Assembly: GCA_025603075.1 (NCBI GenBank)
Contig: MU626438.1
Location: forward strand, 1-38,940
Length of the DNA: 38,940 nt
Direction: 5' to 3'
From: Neoconidiobolus thromboides FSU 785
Taxonomy: Eukaryota > Fungi > Entomophthoromycota
Part shown: positions 32,345 to 38,940 of the stretch, piece after piece
Position numbering within the stretch: the stretch's first letter is position 1
Layout: every line of letters begins with the position of its first letter
Made by a program: the position numbers and the translations under genes
The notes under the pieces: model-generated
What the model saw: the letters and a program-made list of their open reading frames with translations, nothing else
Database searches by the model: none
What the model was told of the DNA's origin: nothing

Positions 32345-33920
32345 GTTTTTTTAGTATTTCGGATACTGAATACAAAATGAATATTATTTATAAAGCAGTG
32401 TTTGATATCTAATAATTTAACAACAAACATGAACTAATAAAGAACAAATAAGTGTAACGATTTCAGAATAAATACTGATATGGTTTAGTTTTTGAAATAT
32501 CAAAATAGTGCAACTAATTATATTCTTTAAATCATTACATAATTTATAAACCACTCGTTATTTAATCTTTATTTTATTTTCCTGGTCTTAAAAATGCTTA
32601 ATTACTTATTCTGTCCTTTAGCAGTTATATGTTAAATCAATGAATTCTCTGATATCACTCTAACTTATCCATGGCAGTTTAGGATACTATAATTACCCAG
32701 CTCTTTGATACTCGATCATATTTGTAGTAATTTGATTATTGTATCGAGCTAATATTATTTAACACATTTTCATTGAGGTTTGTTATTAAAATAGCATATT
32801 TTATATTTATATTATACTGGTTAATGATACAAAGCCCATATTTTTACGATGAATATACATTAACATAGAAATTTTTCTATCAAAGGTGTAGTCAACATGA
32901 AGTGTTTTTTTAAATTATGCACTAAATAAAGGCCATTCATTCATTTGCGGTTTATCTAAAATTAATAAATTACGTTAACTTGAAAGTATGTAAAAAAGCC
33001 ATTTTTGTACTTGAGAAGAAATACAAATTTAAAGTGTATTAATTATACTTCCGTCTAAAACCGATTAAATGTTTGGATTTTTTTATCGTTCAACCAATAT
33101 TAATTGAAATGATTTTTATAATGTAAAAAATTTAAAATTTAAATTACAGTTAATTCAAGTTAATCTCAGTCAAAATTTAATTTCTTCCAATTAACAGAAT
33201 CTTTTTCATGAGTTTCGTTTTCTAACTTTACAGTGCTTATTTATCTCAAAAATTGAGGGGCTAAACTTAAATACCCACATTTCTTAATAACTAACAATTA
33301 GATTTTTTTTTTCGATTATATTTAAAATTTATCTTTTTTTTATGCTGATGTTACTTTCACTACTCTTGTATTTAATTATAAGGGGATTTATAAAGTGATC
33401 TGGTCTTTTTTCCTGATCCAAACCGCAAGAGTAATTAACTGCAACTATAAAACTAATTTTAAAATTCAGCCTAAAAATCCAAAAAACATTATTGATATGT
33501 TAAAACAGCTAAATAGCGCTCTCCATTATAGTGTTAGTTTTCATTTTCTAAACAGACATTTTAAATCAATTTGAAGTGATCAATGTTTTGTTATTGCTGA
33601 TTGTAAAATAGTATCAGCTACTTTATTTATAATGGAAGTAGAATTCAAAGAGTTCAAAAAGTAAAGCTTTTATAGTAGTCTATGGCCTATTTTCACACAA
33701 ATCAAATAGGCTAGATTATTTTACAAATTACTTTGTATTAAATATATTTAAAAAAATAGGTATTTTTGGTTGTTAAAAATATTTTTTAAAACTATTTATC
33801 CAAGCGACCGTATCATATTGATGAACTTGCCAATTTTTGTTTATATTATATTAATTAAAAATGTCGGATTAACTTTTGAACATTTTTAAAATTTTCAGAT
33901 ATAAGACTGTTAAATCCAAC

Positions 33921-34027
33921 ATACGAGGATATATTTCTGTGTTTAAGAATTTTACTAACAATTTTTCCGCTTAAATAGTGCTTAAAAATGGAAAAAATAA
34001 TGAAGTCAAAAAAAGCACTTTCCATAT
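33921..34027 (+). mobile_element. MITE-like element, degenerate termini
   Basis: Family core tttaagaattttactaacaatttttccgcttaaatagtgcttaaaaatggaaaaaataatgaagtcaaaaaaa. Confidence 0.87.
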
Positions 34028-34147
34028 TATAGAGTAATTTTTTTAGTGATTTTTTAAATTATACAAAAATCGATTTATTTGGTGTTAAAATCTAAAGTTT
34101 AAATAAAAAAAGTTTTTCGTATTAATTTCAGTTATAATATCTGAAGT

Positions 34148-34246
34148 TGTGAAACTGGTACTCAGCGGTTGGAATCAAAAGGTTTTGGTTTACGTAGCTA
34201 GGATAAACTTGAATTATCAAGAATAGTACGTAATAAATAGGCTATG
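34148..34246 (+). repeat. Dispersed repeat family 2, copy 2 (homologous to 1-144, opposite strand)
   Basis: Manual alignment to the reverse complement of 1-144; mostly transition differences plus a ~37-nt deletion. Confidence 0.75.
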
Positions 34247-34896
34247 GACTATGTAAGACAAATAGAATAGACAATACTAATGTAAATCTACGTAAAATAC
34301 TACTAAGAAAACTTAGTGGCTTTACTAAATGTTCGAGATATCAGAGGATAATTCAGTTAAAAAGCCTCGAGTTACTATGTTTTAGGATCTTTTTTATACT
34401 CCGGCAAGTATGGATATCAAAACGAGAGGATGATATTCTTTGAGGCAAAGATAGAAATTTTCACAGCAAATCAAACCAAGAACGTGGGATTGATTGTCTC
34501 TAAACTCAAGAACACGACAGCTTAGGCGATTATTATGCTATAATCAACCATGGGGCTGACAAAGCGATATTTCACATTATAAAAAATTAAAAACTGATTT
34601 TAATATTCCTGCTTAAAATAACTTAAAATTAAATAATATATTAAAAAGGCTATATTATTTATATAATAAAAGAGTAAAAAGATTAAATATTGAAAGCTTT
34701 TTTCAAAAACAATTTTATCAGTAGTATTTAATGATGTAAGTAATTGGATAATTCAAGGCTTAAAATCAGGTACATGAGATTTTTATATGATAATAGTAAG
34801 CTTTGCTTTGCTAAAATAACTAAAAAATTAAATGATTTTAGATAAAAGCTTTTATCCATTTATTTCATTTTCTAGGTTTAACTTTTTCATGTTAGT

Positions 34897-34933
34897 ATTT
34901 AGGGATGATTCCTTTGGCTTCATTACTTTTTAC
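34897..34933 (-). mobile_element. Truncated MITE-like fragment (one end only)
   Basis: tttagggatgattcctttggcttcattacttttt resembles atatggggatgtttttttggcttcattactttttc. Confidence 0.55.
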
Positions 34934-35241
34934 TAAATATATAATAAAAAGTCATAGACTTAAAAAGTGTAATTTTTTATTACACAACCTAACAGTTTTG
35001 ACTTTGGGGTGTTTTCTAGTAAACTCTATTTCTTTTTCTGCCTTTATTTGGCCTTTTTACAAATAGCTATAAAGATGTCTTTATATTATATAGCATTTTC
35101 ATTGCTTGATTAGGCCATTATGATTATATGTATATTTTATAAAAATAACATTTATAATTATATTATTTAAACCAAGGATTGAAAAAACATCATGAAACAA
35201 AATAAATTTAAAGCCAAGCGTTTATTAAAAACAATATACGA

Positions 35242-36360
35242 TTATAACACTTTCTTAATGGATTTGATAATGTCACCAAAATGTTCCTTAAAATATCCTT
35301 TTGCAAGGTTACTACTTTCCTTTAAAACTTGTTTACGAACTCCACTAAGGATAACTAATTTTTCATCATATTCAGCCCCTTTATATTCACTAAGAATTAA
35401 TTCATCAGCAGTTGGGCCTAAAATAGCATTAGTGGTAGCAGCTAAAACTAAACCAGCATATGGGATAGCTGAAATACCAGCAACAACAGCAGTTCTCATA
35501 TATTCTAAAGCTTTGGTATTATAAGCCATTTTAGATGCATTGATTAATGGTAGGTTTTGAAGACATGAAGCCAAAGTGGCTGCTTCATTTGACCATTTAC
35601 TTGATCCACAAAAATAACCACGATCTTTATCATAACCCGTACCCCAATAACCACAAGAACCTCGGACTTCTTTATTTGGAATTAATTTAAAGCAGTTACT
35701 AAACTCATATGGCATAGCAGCGGTCCTCAACATATCATTAGCTAATAAGCAAATCTTATCAATACCTAATACATGGTCATTGGATTGAATTGTTTGTGCA
35801 TCTTTATTATATAAATTAGTATTATTCAAAATCTTAGTAACAATACTTTCAGTCATTTTAATTTGAAATACTTGACGATAGTTATGATCATCCGGATGTA
35901 GATTATTCATTGGTACAATAATGGATCTTAAGCCTTGTCTCAAATCAACCGAAAGATAATTTAAGCTCCCAATGCTAGGAGCTAAATACAAATAATCCCT
36001 GCTTTTATGAGTCGATGTAATCTCCATGACATCTAAATCCTTCATATCAGCAATGGAATCAGTAGTACCAACGCGAAAATTATCAGTACAATATTGACGA
36101 CAAGTTAAGCAACAAGACTTTGAATTACGAAGACAACTCTTTCCTTCATACCATTCCTTTGATTGTTTATCCTTTCCTAATATAAGCACCCAATGGTGTA
36201 ACGGTTGGCAATTACGTTGATATTTTGGTGATATATCAATTTCAAACCATACAATATCATAATCGAGCTTATAGCATTTCTTATCAAGGTAAGTTAAGCC
36301 AAGAGGATTTTGACATAGAATCGAAGCGATAAAGAAGAAGAGAGATAGAGCTAGAAACAT
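35242..36360 (-). CDS. Unrecognised secreted Cys-rich protein, paralog B (372 aa, intronless)
   Basis: Same leader and all 12 mature-region Cys as paralog A; intact ORF. Confidence 0.9.
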   Translation of the reverse strand: MFLALSLFFFIASILCQNPLGLTYLDKKCYKLDYDIVWFEIDISPKYQRNCQPLHHWVLILGKDKQSKEWYEGKSCLRNSKSCCLTCRQYCTDNFRVGTTDSIADMKDLDVMEITSTHKSRDYLYLAPSIGSLNYLSVDLRQGLRSIIVPMNNLHPDDHNYRQVFQIKMTESIVTKILNNTNLYNKDAQTIQSNDHVLGIDKICLLANDMLRTAAMPYEFSNCFKLIPNKEVRGSCGYWGTGYDKDRGYFCGSSKWSNEAATLASCLQNLPLINASKMAYNTKALEYMRTAVVAGISAIPYAGLVLAATTNAILGPTADELILSEYKGAEYDEKLVILSGVRKQVLKESSNLAKGYFKEHFGDIIKSIKKVL

Positions 36361-36400
36361 TAGGTTTTTTTATTGTATATTATTAAACCATTTCAATTTG

Positions 36401-36409
36401 TTATATATA
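36401..36409 (-). promoter_or_regulatory. TATA box (TATATATAA) ~40 nt upstream of paralog B
   Basis: Position and flanks conserved with 32336-32344. Confidence 0.6.
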
Positions 36410-37279
36410 GTTTTTTTAATATTTCCAATACTAAATATATACTGAATATTAAGTATAGTGTAGAATTTTTATATTTAATGATTCGAGTTACTAGTGAATA
36501 TGAACTAATAGGGAATAAATTAATACAAAATTTTGAAGTGATTATATTATAGTTTACTTACCAAGCTATTAAACTAATATAACTAATCGTATTCTTTAAA
36601 ATTTCTACATATAATCTGCGACACACCCGTCATTAATATTTTTATTTGATTTTCTTGGCTTATCAAAATGATTATTTATTCTATTCTTTAATAACTATAT
36701 ATTGAACACATTAGTTTTTTGAGATCATATTAGCTTGCACACAGTGCTTTTAATTTCTATAATTACTTAATTGTTAAAATTTTGTTAATATTTGAAATGT
36801 TCTGTTTGTTATATTAAGTTAATATTACTTTTCAGAGTTTCACCTGATATTTATTATTAATATAATCTATTTATATAATAACATATTGATACAATACAGC
36901 TACTACTTACATTTAAATAGTTGATAAAGTAAAATTAATTAATAACATAAGCATAAACAACGCTATACAATGCTTTACTAAAGCTATAGTTTACATAAAA
37001 AGTATTTTTTAGTTACGTGTTAGACCAAAAGCTAGATATGATATAGTTAAAAATTTTATTAAAGTTCGTTGATTTAGTAGATTTAAAAACGCCATTTTTA
37101 CACTCAAGAAGAAATCCAGACCTAATTTGATTTACACTCCCATGTAAAATTGACCAAGTGTTTTGGTTTTTTATCATTGGAATAGTATTATAATCAATTA
37201 CAAAAAAAATTAAATTTTCATTTATTAAATTATACAATGCTAGAAGATTTGTTTTAAAAAGTGAGGTACTAAAAACTTT

Positions 37280-37373
37280 AAATGGGGCTATTTTTTTAGT
37301 TTCATCACTTTTTCCATTTTTTTAAGTCCTATTTGAGTGAAAAAGGCTGTCAGTAGAACTCTTAAAAAAATAC
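37280..37373 (-). mobile_element. Degenerate MITE-like element
   Basis: aaatggggctatttttttagtttcatcactttttccattttttt...tatttgagtgaaaaag...cttaaaaaaatac; one terminus lost. Confidence 0.75.
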
Positions 37374-37447
37374 TTTATCAAATATTTAAAAAATAGCTAA
37401 AAATTTGTTTTTCAAATACTTTTATTTCGTAATTTAAGTATATGAGG

Positions 37448-37552
37448 ATATGGGGATGTTTTTTTCGATTTCATTACTTTTCCATTTTTTAAGCACTATT
37501 GAGTGGAAAGATTGTTAGTAAAATTCTTAAACACAAAAATACATCCCCAAAT
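37448..37552 (-). mobile_element. MITE-like element with both 8-bp TIRs perfect
   Basis: ATAT GGGGATGT...ACATCCCC AAAT. Confidence 0.92.
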
Positions 37553-38191
37553 GCTAATATATTTACTAAATTTATCATTTTATAAATTAAATATTTTAAT
37601 AAGAGTAAAAAAATAAAAATTGTATTTTAAATAGTAGTTACTATCTGTGACGTTTTTTAAAATTTTAAAAAAAGCTACAAAAATTTATAACAAACCTTAT
37701 AAATAAAAAAACTTCAATATAATAAAATATAAATTATTTAGTATTAATTCTTATTACCTTTGTATTATATTTAATTTTTTTTATAAGATTATAGTAATTT
37801 GAATATCTCTATATCAAATCTAAGTTTTCTAAAAAGTATAAAAGCCAGCTAAATGTTGTTATAGTATATATTATATGTTTTTAATTTATTTTTAGACTTA
37901 ATATAGGCTTGTACTACTTTTTATAATAAATGTAATAACTTCAGAATTTTAATTATTTTAAATTTAAGACTATCATAAAGCTAACTCAGACTATTTCAAG
38001 CTCCTGTACTAAATTACTATTTTATGTTTTATAGTGTTTTTTAAATAGTTACAAAGCTTGTATTCACCCTATATAGTTCTTTTATTACTTTCGGGCTTAT
38101 ATAATCAATTATGTCTCTTGTAGAGTAAAGCTTATAATTATAATATTCAAGTTTATAAAAAACCCAAATGAAATTTATTATAACTTTAAAC

Positions 38192-38205
38192 ATATGGGGC
38201 TGTCC
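38192..38205 (+). mobile_element. Isolated TIR-like terminus ATAT-GGGGCTGTCC (candidate left end of a longer element)
   Basis: 7/8 match to the MITE TIR with the ATAT flank, but followed by non-MITE sequence; no partner end inside the window. Confidence 0.3.
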
Positions 38206-38362
38206 TAATTGGTTTCAGAATCTATTTAGAAATTAATCCAAATTTTAAATTTCAAGTTTGTGTCCAATATAACGGTTAAATCTAAAAAGCCTAAAATTAA
38301 ATGTCTCTATTTAAAACTTATTTTAATTGTTTCCTTTTCTTAAATAGCTAATTTTCCTAACT

Positions 38363-38469
38363 ATATGGGAGTGTTTTTTTTGACTTCATTATTTCTTCCA
38401 TTTTTTAAGCGCTATTTAAGCGGAAAATTTATTAGTAAAATTCTTAAACACAAAAATACATCCCCATAT
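38363..38469 (-). mobile_element. MITE-like element
   Basis: atatgggagtgtttt...aagcgctatttaagcggaaaa...aatacatccccatat. Confidence 0.9.
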
Positions 38470-38582
38470 ATTTTATGTTAGTTCTGTTAGATATTTAACA
38501 GATATATAATATATAACTATATGATTATACAATTATATAAATACAGTTATTTGACTTTATTTTTTGTTGAAATAAAAATAAA

Positions 38583-38940
38583 ATGCAAACTTTCATAACT
38601 AAACTTCGAAACGGGATTTTTGAAAATTTCAATACAATAGGGAGGAGTACACAATATAAACATTGTAACTCATTTACATCAATTTTAAGAGCTACTTATA
38701 ACAACCCAAGGTTTATGGAATTTTATAATAAAACAAAACAAAGAAAAGATATATTATCAAAGTTTACTATCGATAATAATAAACTTAATCAAGTAATGTA
38801 TAAAATTAGTGCTTTAAGGGGAACAGGAAACAAAAATCAGCGAGTAGCGTTATTATCAACTATAGTTTCAGTATATTCTTTTGATGAATGTAAAGGTATT
38901 GGGTTTAATATAAATAGAAATCAATATGATTATTCAAAAA
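38583..38940 (+). CDS. Partial ORF running off the window end (119 codons, no stop); product unknown
   Basis: Absent from the ORF track (no stop). Manual translation: MQTFITKLRNGIFENFNTIGRSTQYKHCNSFTSILRATYNNPRFMEFYNKTKQRKDILSKFTIDNNKLNQVMYKISALRGTGNKNQRVALLSTIVSVYSFDECKGIGFNINRNQYDYSK. That many stop-free codons is unlikely by chance in DNA this AT-rich. Confidence 0.65.
   Translation, partial: MQTFITKLRNGIFENFNTIGRSTQYKHCNSFTSILRATYNNPRFMEFYNKTKQRKDILSKFTIDNNKLNQVMYKISALRGTGNKNQRVALLSTIVSVYSFDECKGIGFNINRNQYDYSK

Noticed and set aside
32218-32430. 70-aa ORF overlapping the start of Cys-rich gene A
   Set aside because: Out of frame with the real gene and not preserved in the paralogous promoter.
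34247-34570. Slightly GC-richer stretch after repeat 2, considered as a C-to-T-decayed pseudogene
   Set aside because: Stop density in the continuing frame is no lower than expected for random AT-rich DNA, and no recognisable motif; only 34148-34246 is supported.
37013-37237. 74-aa minus-strand ORF
   Set aside because: No motif, Asn/Ile/Lys-rich composition typical of AT-rich noise, no splice continuation found.

Overview
AT-rich (roughly three-quarters A+T by eye) eukaryotic DNA with very short spliceosomal introns (mostly 45-52 nt, GT..AG). It is most likely from an early-diverging fungus (inference; the trifunctional Trl1 and secreted M28 peptidases fit a zoopagomycete/Entomophthorales-like organism). 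The window has two compartments. (1) About 1.5-11.7 kb is a dense block of housekeeping genes: a small C2-domain gene missing from the ORF track, ALG13, tRNA ligase TRL1, a PIN-like/ECM3-family transporter, complex I subunit NDUFA11, ATG5 and a Ydj1-type DnaJ. (2) About 12-39 kb is gene-sparse and paralog-rich: two secreted M28 leucine aminopeptidases interleaved with three Aa_trans/AVT1-like amino acid transporters, an Inn1/Fic1-like C2 protein with a long low-complexity tail, two tandem copies of an unrecognised secreted 12-Cys protein with a hydrophobic hairpin and conserved promoter, and an ORF that runs off the right edge. A ~100-bp inverted-repeat element (ATAT-GGGGATGT...ACATCCCC-ATAT, MITE-like) occurs in about 18 intergenic copies, including tandem, nested and head-to-head palindromic arrangements. 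A matching terminus upstream of the edge ORF may mark a longer, possibly autonomous, relative. No rRNA, tRNA or CRISPR array was seen. All exon structures and identities were worked out by hand; no database search was run.
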